Part shown: positions 37,771 to 49,997 of the stretch, piece by piece | Layout: every line of letters begins with the position of its first letter | Position numbering within the stretch: the stretch's first letter is position 1 | NCBI RefSeq assembly: GCF_964355755.1 | Contig: NC_092674.1 | Span: 21,142,001-21,206,000, forward strand | Direction of reading: 5' to 3' | DNA length: 64,000 bases | Source: Antedon mediterranea | Lineage: Eukaryota; Animalia; Echinodermata | Translations under genes and position numbers: made by a program | The notes under the pieces: model-generated | What the model saw: only the letters and a program-made list of their open reading frames with translations | What the model was told of the DNA's origin: nothing | The model's database searches: none

Positions 37771-38362
37771 AAAAGAATGGGCCCTAGGACACTTCCTTGC
37801 GGAACACCAATGTTAATATCTCTCAGTTTAGATTTTCTATTGTTGCAGTACAAACCAATTTAAAACATTTTTCACTGAAACCGTTGTAGCAGACCTACCA
37901 CATAGCTTTTAAACAATTCAACATTTACTTTTAATTTGATTATTTATACATCCTCTATATATCTCTTTATTTAACCTCACATTGACAGGTTACCTTCCTG
38001 TTACCTTCACTTTTCTAGCTAATGGATTTTAAGAATGTTAATGACTCTAACAGAAAACCACATTAATTCTCTTAATCCTAATTGGTCAGATGAGATGGGC
38101 CAAGCCCAATATTACCATGCACTGACCACATTATTAACACACTCTTTTCTCAACCAGCATCTTAGCTACACCGTTTATTGCTCTGTCTTATCAAATATTG
38201 TATATTGTATATTTTATCTATTTATTGAGAATCCTCACTTGATTCACTTGGAATAAATTGTATAGTTTACTGTATACATTTAGTAGTTGTTTTATTTTAC
38301 CGTTGCGCCGACAATTACTAAAGTGGTGACCCTCGACTTTCTTATACCGAATTTAACTTAAA

Positions 38363-39295
38363 ATGGAAGGACAACAGCAACAACGACAGCTACCGCAACC
38401 TCCAGCACAACCCCAGCACCAGGAACAACCTGTGGTGCCCGCTCCTGACGCAGCAACCGTCAACAGGCCAATTTCTTCGGTAGCGTTGAAACTGCCTCCA
38501 TACTGGCCCAATGATCCGATATTGTGGTTCACCCAAGTGGAAGCACAGTTCACAACGCGTGGGATTACAGTAGATGCTACAAAATACGCTTGCTTAGTCG
38601 GATCATTGCAACCTGAAATTGCGCAGGAAGTTCGGGATCTACTTCTCAACCCGCCTACTGATAACAGGTATGTGAACTTGAAAGATACCTTAATACGTCG
38701 GACAACTGACTCCGACCAACAGCGCCTCCGCCAACTCCTGACGGCCGAGGAGTTGGGGGATAGGAAACCGTCGCAATTATACCGACGGATGTTACAACTC
38801 TTAGGCGACAGGCCACTTGAATCTTCAATTATGAAACAACTATTCTTAAGTCGCCTCCCAACTAATGTACAGCTTATCCTAGCTTCAACCAAGGATGAGT
38901 TGGACCTGGGAAGCTTGACATCATTGGCTGACAAAATTATTGAAGTATCTGTAACTGCAACTGCGCCAACAAGTGTATCGGCAGTACACACGGACAATAC
39001 ACCCTCCTTGTCTGCGACCCTTGAAAACCTGCAAAAACAGATTCAACAACTGTCGACGCAAGTTAATTCCTTGCAATCTGACCGACGGCACAACAGATAT
39101 CAAAGTCGCAGCACAAGTCGACACCGAAATCGATCGAGTGGTAGGCATTCATCTCCTGCTCAACCTAACAGTACCAATCGCTCAGCTCAACATTCAAACA
39201 ACACTCCTCAACTCTGTTGGTACCATGAAAAATTTGGAGTAAATGCTCGAAAATGCAATCCGCCGTGTTCGGAAAACTCCAACGCCGACAACTAA
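38363..39295 (+). CDS. gag: Gypsy Gag (310 aa)
   Basis: [19 protein letters not shown]-terminal motif, LGDRKPSQL, and a C-terminal CX2HX9CX3C box ([18 protein letters not shown]) typical of the CsRn1 clade. Confidence 0.9.
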   Translation: MEGQQQQRQLPQPPAQPQHQEQPVVPAPDAATVNRPISSVALKLPPYWPNDPILWFTQVEAQFTTRGITVDATKYACLVGSLQPEIAQEVRDLLLNPPTDNRYVNLKDTLIRRTTDSDQQRLRQLLTAEELGDRKPSQLYRRMLQLLGDRPLESSIMKQLFLSRLPTNVQLILASTKDELDLGSLTSLADKIIEVSVTATAPTSVSAVHTDNTPSLSATLENLQKQIQQLSTQVNSLQSDRRHNRYQSRSTSRHRNRSSGRHSSPAQPNSTNRSAQHSNNTPQLCWYHEKFGVNARKCNPPCSENSNADN

Positions 39296-42200
39296 ATGCG
39301 ACGAATGTTGCTGGCCGTCAATTCGTAAGTCGCCTTTTCTTTATTGTTAATCAATTATCCAAACAACGTTTCCTCATAGACACTGGGGCAGAAGTTAGCG
39401 TTGTTCCACCTACTCGCCATGAGCGTCTACATAGGCGACAAGAGTCTACTTTGACTGCCGCAAATAATACATCTATCAACACTTATGGACATCGCTCTGT
39501 AACCTTAGACTTAGGTTTGAGACGAACATCTCAATGGTTATTTGTTGTCGCAGACGTCACACACCCCATCATAGGGGCTGATTTTTTAAGACATTTTGGA
39601 CTGTTAGTCGATATGAATAATCGACGACTCATTGACACTACCACCAACCTGAGTATTCAAGGTGTCGCCTCCAAAACTTCGCCTCTCGGTCTTATATTTA
39701 CCACCCTTGAGGCTAAGTCCAATTGGGACTACATTCTTACAAAATTCCCAAACATTACACGCCCTTGTTATCAGGAAGCGTCGCTAAAACACGATGTGAC
39801 ACATCATATTCAGACCCATGGTCCACCAATTTCGTCACATCCTCGACGGCTCGCACATGACCGCTGCAAAACAGCCAGAAATGAATTTGAACACATGATG
39901 CAGCTTGGAATTATACGCCCCTCTAAAAGTAACTGGGCATCACCTTTACATATGGTGCCTAAGAAAACTCCTGGGGATTGGCGTCCCTGTGGGGATTATC
40001 GAGCATTGAACAATGCTACTGTTGCAGATCGGTATCCTATCCCGTACATGCACGATTTTACAGCATCTCTGCACGGATCCACTATATTTTCTAAGATTGA
40101 TCTCGTCCGAGCTTACCATCAGATACCAGTTGAACCTGCTGATGTTCATAAGACAGCAATTACTACACCATTTGGACTTTTTGAATTTGTTAGAATGCCA
40201 TTTGGCCTCCGCAATGCCGCTCAAACTTTTCAACGTTTTATTGATCAGGTAACGCGTGGATTGGATTTTTGCTACGCTTATATCGACGACCTGCTTGTTG
40301 CAAGTTCCAACGCCGAGGAACACGAAACTCATCTTCATCAACTATTCACACGTCTTAATGAGTATGGCGTTGTTCTCAACCCAGCGAAATGCCAATTTGG
40401 AGTTTCGTCACTCGAGTTTCTTGGACATCATGTTGATTCGCAAGGTGTCCGACCACTTCAAGTAAAGGTCGAAGCGATACAAAACTTTCCACAACCAACT
40501 TCTTTACGCAAACTACGTGAATTCCTTGGACTTATTAACTTTTATAGGCGATTTATACCGCAGTGTGCCCAGATTTTACAACCTGTCACAGCTCTACTTG
40601 TTGGGGCAGGTAAGAAACAGGATCTGGTATGGACCGACGCAGCTTTATTGGGATTTAATAATATTAAAGTCGCCCTCACAAGTGCTACACTTCTCACCCA
40701 TCCGCAGCCAGATGCACCTTTAAGTATCATGGTTGACGCTTCGGATGTGGCCATAGGCGGTATACTACAACAATGCATTGACAACAATTGGCAACCTATT
40801 TCATTTTTCTCACAGAAGTTGAAACCAGCGCAGACGCGATACAGCACATTTGGTCGTGAACTTTTGGCGGCATACCTTTCAGTTAAACATTTTCGTCATT
40901 CACTTGAAGGACGCTCATTTCATATTTTTACTGACCATAAGCCACTTGTGTATGCTTTACTCGCCAAACCAGATCGTCACTCGCCACGCGAAATCCGTCA
41001 TCTCGATTTCATATCTCAATTCACAACGGACATACGCCATGTGAGTGGAAAAGCTAATGCAGCAGCTGATGCATTGTCGCGAATCGAACTTAATACTTTC
41101 AGTCACAACACAACTAACATTGTTGATTTTAGTCTTATTGCTGCTGCACAAAAGAATGACGATGAATTGCACAAGCTACTTGAATCACCGTTTTCACTAC
41201 AATTTCAAAACTTTCCAATTCCAACTTCTGACTCTACAATTCTTTGTGATATTTCCAAAGGCAATCCACTTCCATATATCCCACAAGAATTCAGACGCAT
41301 AATATTTGACACTCTACATTCGCTATCACATCCTGGTATACGAGCAACACAACGTTTAATTACTGACCGTTTCGTATGGCCAGCAATCAATCGTGATGTA
41401 CGACGATGGTCTCAAACATGCATTCAATGTCAACGTTCCAAAGTACACCGGCACACCGTTTCGCCACTCTCTACTTTTTCTACACCTGACGCCCGTTTTG
41501 ACCATGTACATATAGATATTGTTGGACCTCTCCCTCCGTCAAATGGTTTTTCTTATTTACTCACTTTTATCGATCGTTTTACTCGATGGCCCGAAGCCGT
41601 ACCTATTCCGGATATCACAGCCGATACTGTCGCACACGCATTTGTCAATCGATGGATCGCTTCATTCGGAATACCTTCAACCATTACAACAGATCGAGGA
41701 AGACAATTTGAATCTGCATTATTTCATTCACTCGCCAACTTACTAGGAACTAAGCACATTCATACAACTGCCTACCATCCTATTGCGAACGGACTTGTAG
41801 AACGTTTTCATCGACATTTGAAGGGTTCTCTCAAAGCACATAATGATCACACTAAATGGACAGAACATTTACCTATAGTACTTTTAGGCATTCGTACAGC
41901 CCTTAAGGCTGATCTAGGTCATAGTGCAGCTGAACTTGTTTATGGCACCACTTTAAGATTACCTGGACAATTCTTTAATTCAAACTCTGAACATTGTGAT
42001 TATTCTAATTATATTGATAGATTGCGTGATAATATGAGTAAACTACGTCCCACACCTACCCGCACCAACTCTAACCGTAAATCCTATATCAATCAAGAAA
42101 TATTTAATTGTACCCATGTTTTTGTGCGAAGGGACTCTGTTCGAAAACCCTTACAACGTCCATATGATGGTCCATTTAAGGTATTAAGTCGAACAGACAA

Positions 42201-42438
42201 ACACTTTGTTCTCGATCTAAATGGTCGACAGGACACAGTCAGTATTGATCGCTTAAAGGTAGCTCATTTGGATACTGATATATTTAAAAGCCAAGAGCAA
42301 ACCCTCACTCCCAAGCTACAAGCATCACCCCTAGTCAAACCAACCAACCCGTCACCCATTTTGGCAACCCCTCCCCGTACTACTCGTTCTAGTAGACATG
42401 TTCATTTCCCTCAACGTTTTGTCTCGTTCTATCATTAA
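39253..42438 (+). CDS. pol: Gypsy Pol (protease-RT-RNase H-integrase), in the -1 frame relative to gag
   Basis: LIDTGAEVS protease, YIDD RT, DASD/ELLA/TDH RNase H, HHCC and DDE integrase; no stops over 1061 aa. Probably expressed by frameshifting at G GAA AAC (39271-39277). Confidence 0.95.
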   Translation: MQSAVFGKLQRRQLNATNVAGRQFVSRLFFIVNQLSKQRFLIDTGAEVSVVPPTRHERLHRRQESTLTAANNTSINTYGHRSVTLDLGLRRTSQWLFVVADVTHPIIGADFLRHFGLLVDMNNRRLIDTTTNLSIQGVASKTSPLGLIFTTLEAKSNWDYILTKFPNITRPCYQEASLKHDVTHHIQTHGPPISSHPRRLAHDRCKTARNEFEHMMQLGIIRPSKSNWASPLHMVPKKTPGDWRPCGDYRALNNATVADRYPIPYMHDFTASLHGSTIFSKIDLVRAYHQIPVEPADVHKTAITTPFGLFEFVRMPFGLRNAAQTFQRFIDQVTRGLDFCYAYIDDLLVASSNAEEHETHLHQLFTRLNEYGVVLNPAKCQFGVSSLEFLGHHVDSQGVRPLQVKVEAIQNFPQPTSLRKLREFLGLINFYRRFIPQCAQILQPVTALLVGAGKKQDLVWTDAALLGFNNIKVALTSATLLTHPQPDAPLSIMVDASDVAIGGILQQCIDNNWQPISFFSQKLKPAQTRYSTFGRELLAAYLSVKHFRHSLEGRSFHIFTDHKPLVYALLAKPDRHSPREIRHLDFISQFTTDIRHVSGKANAAADALSRIELNTFSHNTTNIVDFSLIAAAQKNDDELHKLLESPFSLQFQNFPIPTSDSTILCDISKGNPLPYIPQEFRRIIFDTLHSLSHPGIRATQRLITDRFVWPAINRDVRRWSQTCIQCQRSKVHRHTVSPLSTFSTPDARFDHVHIDIVGPLPPSNGFSYLLTFIDRFTRWPEAVPIPDITADTVAHAFVNRWIASFGIPSTITTDRGRQFESALFHSLANLLGTKHIHTTAYHPIANGLVERFHRHLKGSLKAHNDHTKWTEHLPIVLLGIRTALKADLGHSAAELVYGTTLRLPGQFFNSNSEHCDYSNYIDRLRDNMSKLRPTPTRTNSNRKSYINQEIFNCTHVFVRRDSVRKPLQRPYDGPFKVLSRTDKHFVLDLNGRQDTVSIDRLKVAHLDTDIFKSQEQTLTPKLQASPLVKPTNPSPILATPPRTTRSSRHVHFPQRFVSFYH

Positions 42439-43069
42439 TTCTTTCACTGGAAGGGGGCTCCTGTAGCAGACCTACCACATAGCTTTTAAACAATTCAACA
42501 TTTACTTTTAATTTGATTATTTATACATCCTCTATATATCTCTTTATTTAACCTCACATTGACAGGTTACCTTCCTGTTACCTTCACTTTTCTAGCTAAT
42601 GGATTTTAAGAATGTTAATGACTCTAACAGAAAACCACATTAATTCTCTTAATCCTAATTGGTCAGATGAGATGGGCCAAGCCCAATATTACCATGCACT
42701 GACCACATTATTAACACACTCTTTTCTCAACCAGCATCTTAGCTACACCGTTTATTGCTCTGTCTTATCAAATATTGTATATTGTATATTTTATCTATTT
42801 ATTGAGAATCCTCACTTGATTCACTTGGAATAAATTGTATAGTTTACTGTATACATTTAGTAGTTGTTTTATTTTACCGTTGCGCCGACAATTACTAAAC
42901 CGTATTTATCAAGTTTATATACAAGAACTGAGTGATCGATCGTACCAAAACATTTAGATATATCCAAGAATATAAGAAAGAAATATAGTATAGTTTTGTC
43001 ATTTTCGTAATAGATCTGTGCCACACAGGGCAAGCGCATTCAACATGTCGAATCTAACAGTCACGAGTA

Positions 43070-45909
43070 TCTATATATAAAATTAATTATGGTTAATTCT
43101 GACATAGGCGAGCACAATGCAAAAACGTCGGTACAAATCTCCGCCTTGGATACCTACCTTATCTATCTGAGATGTACCGCGAAACGTAGATTTGATAACA
43201 TTAGTGTTTACGGCGACGCTATTGTTCCATATTTCTATCTTAGGAAGATGTTATAAAGAGTTTTTTAACACAATTTTTTGATTTCAACATTAGATTTTCA
43301 TCTCAATTTCAATTCTTCCCGGTCAAAGTAATTTCCGGGTTTAAGATAAGTTCACTGCAATAACCTGGTTTCAAATATTTCCTCTCTTTTATACACAGGG
43401 GAGCAGTTAAAATAATAGATTTGACCCTAAAGGTGACTGGAAACAGGCACTTTCCATCAATCAATACAGTGGATTTGATAACATTAGTGTTCACGGCGAC
43501 GCTATTGTTCCATATTTCTATCTTAGGAAGATGTTATAAAGAGTTTTTTAACACAATTTTTGATTTCAACATTAGATTTTCATCTCAATTTCAATTCTTC
43601 CCGGTCGAAGTAATTTCCGGGTTTAAGATAAGTTCACTGCAACAACCTGGTTTCAAATATTTTCTCTCTTTTATACACAAGGGAGCAGTTAAAATAATAG
43701 ATTTGACCCTAAAGGTGACTGGAAACAGGCACTTTCCATCAATCAATACAGTGTCCCTTTTGAAGACGAAAAAAAAATCAGATATATCCATTTCAGTTTT
43801 TTGTTTATTTCGCTCGCGTACCATCTAGGTCGTGACGCGCCCACAGATGGTTCTCGAATACACAGTAATTTCAGGGTAAAAAAAATGGCGATTTCAAATG
43901 CACGTACCGCAGGACATAATACATTGTCGTTTACAGAAACGAATAAGTAAAATGATTTATTTAGTCAACCAAAATTAGCACCCTGGGAATTACTTCCGAA
44001 AGAGAAACTTACCACAAAATGAGTCCAAATTGTTTATTCATTTAAAGAAACCCAATTAGGGTTGAGGGATGGGAAAGAGGATAGGTACAAAGAGGAACAA
44101 TTTTTAAATATATTCTTTATCCACGTCAGTAACGAAATATTGTTTTCATTTTTATAGGCCTTTAAATAATATACCACGGTGACTAAATATAGTAAAACAT
44201 TTGCGATTTAATACTTTGTTAAAACTGTCACTGTCATAGTCGATTGAAATAGTAAAGTACATGTAACGATACACCACTACGATGTTTATATTTTTTGTAA
44301 TTATTAATTAATGCAAACGTTGAGAAGCAACTGTCAGTAATAAAGTTTATTTGTATATCACGTGTTTATATATCTAACAGTAGAGCCTTCCCACAATCAC
44401 AGTAATAAAGTTTATTTGTATATATTTTTTTACATCTAACAGTAAGAAATGTTCGATTCAAATGACGACCAAAAATGGTTAATAGGTATTTGCAGTACTG
44501 TATTGTCAAAGTATTGCAAGTTTATTCTTCAAGGGCTCATAAATTTACCTACTTGTGTTAAACCAAACTGGCAGACTGAGAGATTGGAATGTTCCACTCA
44601 TCGCAAATCAATACATTTGTAAAAACGTAAATTAAATCTATCAAAATAGTATTTTTTTAAGAAAATCGGCCTGTCTTCAACATTATGATGCTGTACTCGA
44701 GCAATTCAACCGGTTTTCAGCTATTAAAAACAATTATCGTAGGAGGAGATAGGAAAATGCGAAGCGTCCTCGTATTATTGTGTGCGGGTATTTTTCAAGT
44801 TGGACATCCATTAGACAGTGTATACCACAATCGGAAAACACCCCTATTTGGGGCAAATCGTTGAACCTAAATTCGTTTTAATCGTCAATAACTAATTATC
44901 TAACTCAATTTAATTAGTAAACAGGGTTACATCAGGTGGTTAAAATCAGTACCGAAAGTATGAACCAACTTTATATACCATCGAGTAAAAATTCTAGAAA
45001 TAAACCGCGATTTATCGAATTTTGCCCTTACGTAAATTTATATATAGATACCGCGCGGATGTGTGAAGGTACAGTAGTTAAATAATAGGAATTATACTGC
45101 AAATTAATAAAGATCAAATTAAATATACGCCATAAAGAATCAGAATATATTGTGGGGAATAGTATTATAAAATTACATAGGGAGATTTGATGATAAGACA
45201 TTTTTCGAGTGAAATCCCGATAGCTTAGTTTTATTGAGTAAGCTTGCAGGAATAACTGTAGGCTATCTTCCTGTGTCCCGTTAGGACCGAGATGTCTGCC
45301 CATGTCTTCTTTCTTGGGCCCACTCTGTCACGGCAGTTAGTTTCAAAAGATGATTAAATTAAATAATGTATTAATAATTATTAGGATGGTATTCATTTGA
45401 ATAAACGCCTCTCCAATAAAACATCACTTTGAATAATAACCTCCCCCCCCCCCCCTCCCACCCCCAACCCAACTATCTAATAAACGTCCATCCACATATT
45501 TATAATAACACAATTATACTATTTGTAGTAGAATTCACCGCACTGTTATCTACAATTTACCAAGCATTTGTTATTCTTTTTCACTTTTCATATCTATTAG
45601 AGGATTTCATTTGATTATAAATGTTACCATTATTAAAACTAAAAAATTTAACGAATATATCCCTCGAATAAGCACCTCCCTCAAATGACATCCGCCTCCA
45701 CAAAGGGCCCTACCAAACAATAAAAACTATACTTTCAAATGTTATTAATCATCTAAAACACTGTGAAACGAAGTAGTTTAGTTTTACGAATGTCAAGCAT
45801 TTTCAATAATGGTAACCGACAGAAAACGTATAAGGAGAACATTATCATTCCGAGAACCATCGTCTACACTTTCTAGAGGGGGAGCGAGCGAAGCGAGCTC
45901 ACCCTCTAG
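43070..45909 (+). mobile_element. Composite non-autonomous Helitron
   Basis: A|TCTATATATAAAATT at 43070 and a 3' hairpin CTAGAGGGGGAGCGAGCGAAGCGAGCTCACCCTCTAG|T ending at 45909. Contains a 283-bp tandem duplication and an inverted Helitron. Confidence 0.7.
43809..45048 (-). mobile_element. Inverted copy of the 24601-25866 Helitron, truncated within its 3' hairpin
   Basis: Colinear reverse-complement similarity over about 1.2 kb; TC 5' end at 45048; stops after CTAGATGGTACGCGAGCGAA. Confidence 0.85.
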
Positions 45910-45941
45910 TTATGTGAATCGATGAAGGAGGCTAAGCCTTA

Positions 45942-46870
45942 CGCCCGTATTCTTAAACCGGACTTTAGTCGTAGTTCGAGCTAAAACTAAAAAAATGACG
46001 TCATTTTAATTCATAAACCGAACTTCAACTAAATCACCGACTAAATCAGGCCAACCTCGACTAAATCGAGACGGATTTTGATCGATTTTTTTAGTCCTGG
46101 AGGGGCAAGACTAAATGGTCGACTAAATGGTTTTTAAACGATGTTTATAAAAAACGTAACAGTCATTGAGTTGTTATATTGGCCAGATATTGAAGAATGA
46201 AATATCTATATTTATATTAGCTTAATTAAATATACATTGGTATAAATTATAATAATGAAAATCATCTTTATTTACAACTGTATACTAATTACATTATTTT
46301 CTTCGCGCAAGTCCGACTTGAGCTACGTCACGCCATAGCGACAATGGGAGATGCGGCAATTCACCACGCGATGGAATGTTTAGGGGGCCTAGCGCTTTCT
46401 TGTCACGCTATGAAGTGCGTGGTTCGTGGCGATCATATTTTGTTGGGGGCCTAGAAAATATAAAAGTTACCGTACCGCCATGGTTCCTAAATATATTTTT
46501 AAGATTTTATTTGTTGTTAATCAAATATACTTCACTGTTAAATTAATACTGATATTGTTCTAATAATTAACGATTACAATTATTTTTCATGTATATAGTC
46601 CTGATGCGTAAAAAGTGTTGTAAGAAATGGAAAGTGATATCAATGCGCAAAATTTCGTCTGCTCCTCAAATACTCTCTTGTCATTGGCCAATGTATAGCC
46701 TTTGTTACCCAGACGTGTGCAACTCGACTAAAAGCTCGACTTCATTAAGTCGAACTGCAAACTTCGACTACTTCGTTTTTGAATCGAATTTGAAGTAATA
46801 GCTCGAACTACGACTTTTCCAAGTCGAACTTCGAACTACGCGACTAAAGTCCGGTTTAAGAATACGGGCG
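45942..46870. mobile_element. Same MITE family, copy 2 (inverted relative to 1-915)
   Basis: Reverse complement of 1-915 with few differences; TIR at both ends; TA-containing flanks. Confidence 0.88.
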
Positions 46871-46905
46871 TATGTGTTACTGTCGTGAACAGTACATTAC
46901 GCATA

Positions 46906-47253
46906 CGCCCGTATTCTTAAACCGGACTTTATTTAGTGAATTGCCGCATCTCCCATTGTCGCTATGGCGTGACGTAGCTCAAGTCGGACTTGCGCGAAGA
47001 AAATAATGTAATTTGTATACTGACTGTTATGACTGTTACGTTTTTTATAAACATCGTTTAAAAACCATTTAGTCGACCATTTAGTCTTGCCCCTCCAGGA
47101 CTAAAAATATCGATCAAAATCCGTCTCGATTTAGTCGAGGTTTGCCTGATTTAGTCGGTGATTTAGTTGAAGTTCGGTTTATGAATTAAAATGACGTCAT
47201 TTTTTTAGTTTTAGCTCGAACTACGACTAAAGTCCGGTTTAAGAATACGGGCG
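46906..47253. mobile_element. Same MITE family, internally deleted copy 3
   Basis: The right TIR is complete and the left one keeps its outer ~24 bp. The interior jumps from the left TIR to the segment matching ~497-580, then to ~700-915. Confidence 0.85.
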
Positions 47254-48565
47254 TTAGACTCATATCTAACGTTAGTAGTGAATTGATTGTAAATTATACT
47301 GTTAATTTCATAAACAATATGACAATATTTTTCAATAACAATAACTCGTGATTTTACCGGTTTGTTTGCACGTCTGAGCATCTGTGAATTTTCACTGTAA
47401 AAAATAATGTATTATAGCTAGAGCAAAGTTCATCACTGTGTATTTTATATACCTTTATATTCCTTTGTAAAATTTGATAGGATTGCCAGCTGAGATTAAT
47501 GACCATATTCACAACAAGAAAAAATCATGTTTAATATAATTACAATAACAAACAATTGTGCAGAATTACGCAGCCGCCGATTCTATTCTCCGACAGTTGT
47601 TGTATCTATAAGTTATACGCAGTGGTTCATGTATCACACTTGAGAGTTGGTAATGGGAAATAGCCCAAATGCCTAACCTCTTTAAAACAATCCCATTTGT
47701 GTGGAGATACAATATGCCTTAAAAAGTAAATACTAACTTCACAATAAGAATGATTAAACAATTATGAAAGCACGTACAAGTTTTGACATATATCATTTTG
47801 CGTAAAAATACGATTGCTTATCATTTTATAGATTGTGTTCATGGTAGGCCTATCGCGTTTAGGCTGCTATAACAATATTTATTGCCGTCATAGTCTTTTG
47901 GTCCTCCAGGACACATCTCAAACAAGCAACGTCCAGTTTTGAACAAATCACATTTTTGAGAGAAATCGTTTCCAGCCAGTTTCATATTTTTGTTATTTAT
48001 CCTTGGCGACACAGCATTAACAAAACGTAAGCGTATAAATAGATTGCATTTTTAATAAACGTAGAATTAAAATGTAAACATAACAAATGAAATTGATTAA
48101 AGCTTTTTAATTCACTTAAACTCACAAAAATATCCATATGGAAAACTTCACATTTATAAATCAGTTAAAAACATGGTATACAAAAATCAATATATTAATA
48201 AACAGCCATATACATGGCTGCAGTCGCGTGCTCAAGTTAGTGTTACCGACCAACCGACCGACATAGTCCGTTGCACGCGACTAAAAAAAATCCACATAAT
48301 AATATTACAATCAACTGTATTTACATATTATAAAAAATTAATGTTTGTGAAAAAACACACAATAAACGGTAATTAGTATAAAAAATGTCAGTATTTATTC
48401 GGGGAAGACGTTTATTTTTTAGTTTAATATGGTAACATGTATAACCAAATAAATACCCCCTAGATATGAACAAATACAACACAATACATATCAAGAAATG
48501 ATAAAAATACAGTAAAAATGGTATCAAAAGGTTTGGTAAATGTACATATCATGTCAATTAATGAA

Positions 48566-49317
48566 TTATTGATTAATTGGAATTGTAGCATAACTTTGTT
48601 TAATCTTAGCATGGTGCGAACTGTTTGTAAAATGTGTTCTTGTCGATTTAGGAAATCTTATATCACTTCCCACAAGTCTTAATATATAATTTGAATCGTC
48701 TTCGATATGTTCAAATCTACCAATAATGTCGTATTTAATATCACATGGAAAACATATCTGGTGCATATTCCTCCAATGAATATTTTTAATGGACTCCGTT
48801 GAAACAATCATTCTTATAAATTCACTAAATGTCGGATCGTATTGTACTTAATTGGCGTTGAAATGACAAATTGTAATCACTTTTATTCTTCGCCACTGCT
48901 TTGTCATTGAATGCTGATAAGAGTCTTGTCAAATGATTTCTTACTATCATAATTTTTTGGTAATTTGACAAAATGTATCTTTGTTTTACGTATGAAAACT
49001 GTGACAACCTTGGTACGTGTTTCTTCCAGGCAGCACTGACATTCATAACATTCATTTTCAAAACGTCTGTATAGTTTTTATATCCTGAAAGAACTAAAAA
49101 TAGTTTACACCAGCTGTCTGTTCCCGCTTTAGGTGTTTGACAATAGACAAGTTTATGCTTTTCATTAACAAGCAAAATTGGAGATTTTTTCATCTTTGGT
49201 AATTCCTTACGATGTTTGTGACACTGTGCTTTTACATAATCTGTGCGTTTTTTTGTGCAAAGCTGTGTACCGCCTCTCCACTAGTCTTAAACTTTGGTGA
49301 AACATTCTGCATGATGG
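48566..49317 (-). pseudogene. Carbohydrate sulfotransferase pseudogene (catalytic exon)
   Basis: Homologous to the 29154-30035 exon (YCQTPKAGTDSW, VRNHLTRLLSAF, HWRNMHQICFPC). It has a frameshift near 49250, an approximately 41-nt deletion near 48845 relative to the 58.6-kb paralog, and a 3' truncation by repeat sequence. Confidence 0.85.
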
Positions 49318-49997
49318 CTGTAAAACAAATAATTACTTTTCAAATTGAAAATACTTAAGGTTATTACTTGCTGGAAATATCACCTACATTCAGTAAGCCA
49401 ACAGTCATTTATAATAGTACAACATATCTCGATATTCAAACGGACTTTTATAATTCTTTCACCATAAACACGTGGAATACTGCTGCTGAAATATATATTT
49501 CAAATATATATCATTATATATTTTTGTATATGCATCTTATCCACGTTAGTGGCACAGGTCATTACATCCCATAACTTGTCTTTTGTCAATCTTTATAAAT
49601 TCATAGAGTTAGTTGATTAAAGGAAATAATGTCATTTTTAGTCAATGAAAATAAACAAAAAAAGTTTTCACAACAAACAATCTGGATTAGATAACCGTTG
49701 GAGGCACACATACCTCTTCTCAGTTGATGTCAAACGATTTCTTCTAGTTTTGCACACGAAGCCATGTAACCTAATTAAATTTACAATTTTAAATGGCATA
49801 GAACGGTAGTAAGTGTGTGTTGATAAGACCTTACCTTTCCTGTCGATAAATCTACGACAGCTCCTATAAATAAAAACTTCATGGTTAACACTTAGCCTAC
49901 TTTAGTTATTAAAATTATGTACTGATTTAGATAGGTCTTACTTTTAAAGGAACCATAAAAAACAAGACACATAAGAAAATATGTATGTAAACATTAT

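Larger units (their letters stand above)
37885..42899 (+). mobile_element. Full-length Ty3/Gypsy LTR retrotransposon, CsRn1/Kabuki-like clade
   Basis: 438-bp LTRs at 37885-38322 and 42462-42899 with no difference seen by eye. TSD CCGT (37881-84 and 42900-03). PBS TGGTGACCC(T)CGAC is complementary to the tRNA-Trp 3' end. PPT GGAAGGGGG lies before the 3' LTR. Gag and pol are intact. Confidence 0.96.
36640..42970 (-). mobile_element. Decayed L2/CR1-group LINE (3' part of RT), split by the Gypsy insertion
   Basis: The minus strand reads FLDISKCFGTIDHSVLVYKLDKYGF across the Gypsy TSD, GVPQGSVLGPIL (~37775-37810), FADD (~37575) and YLGV (~37340). It ends in an AT-rich short-repeat tail at about 36640 and has many stops and frameshifts. 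Confidence 0.8.

Noticed and set aside
38035-38256. 73-aa ORF duplicated at 42612-42833
   Set aside because: It lies in the LTRs, so the duplication reflects LTR identity. There is no evidence for an env-like gene.
38353-38997. 214-aa antisense ORF and other small ORFs within the Gypsy element
   Set aside because: Shadow frames of gag and pol with no recognisable motifs.
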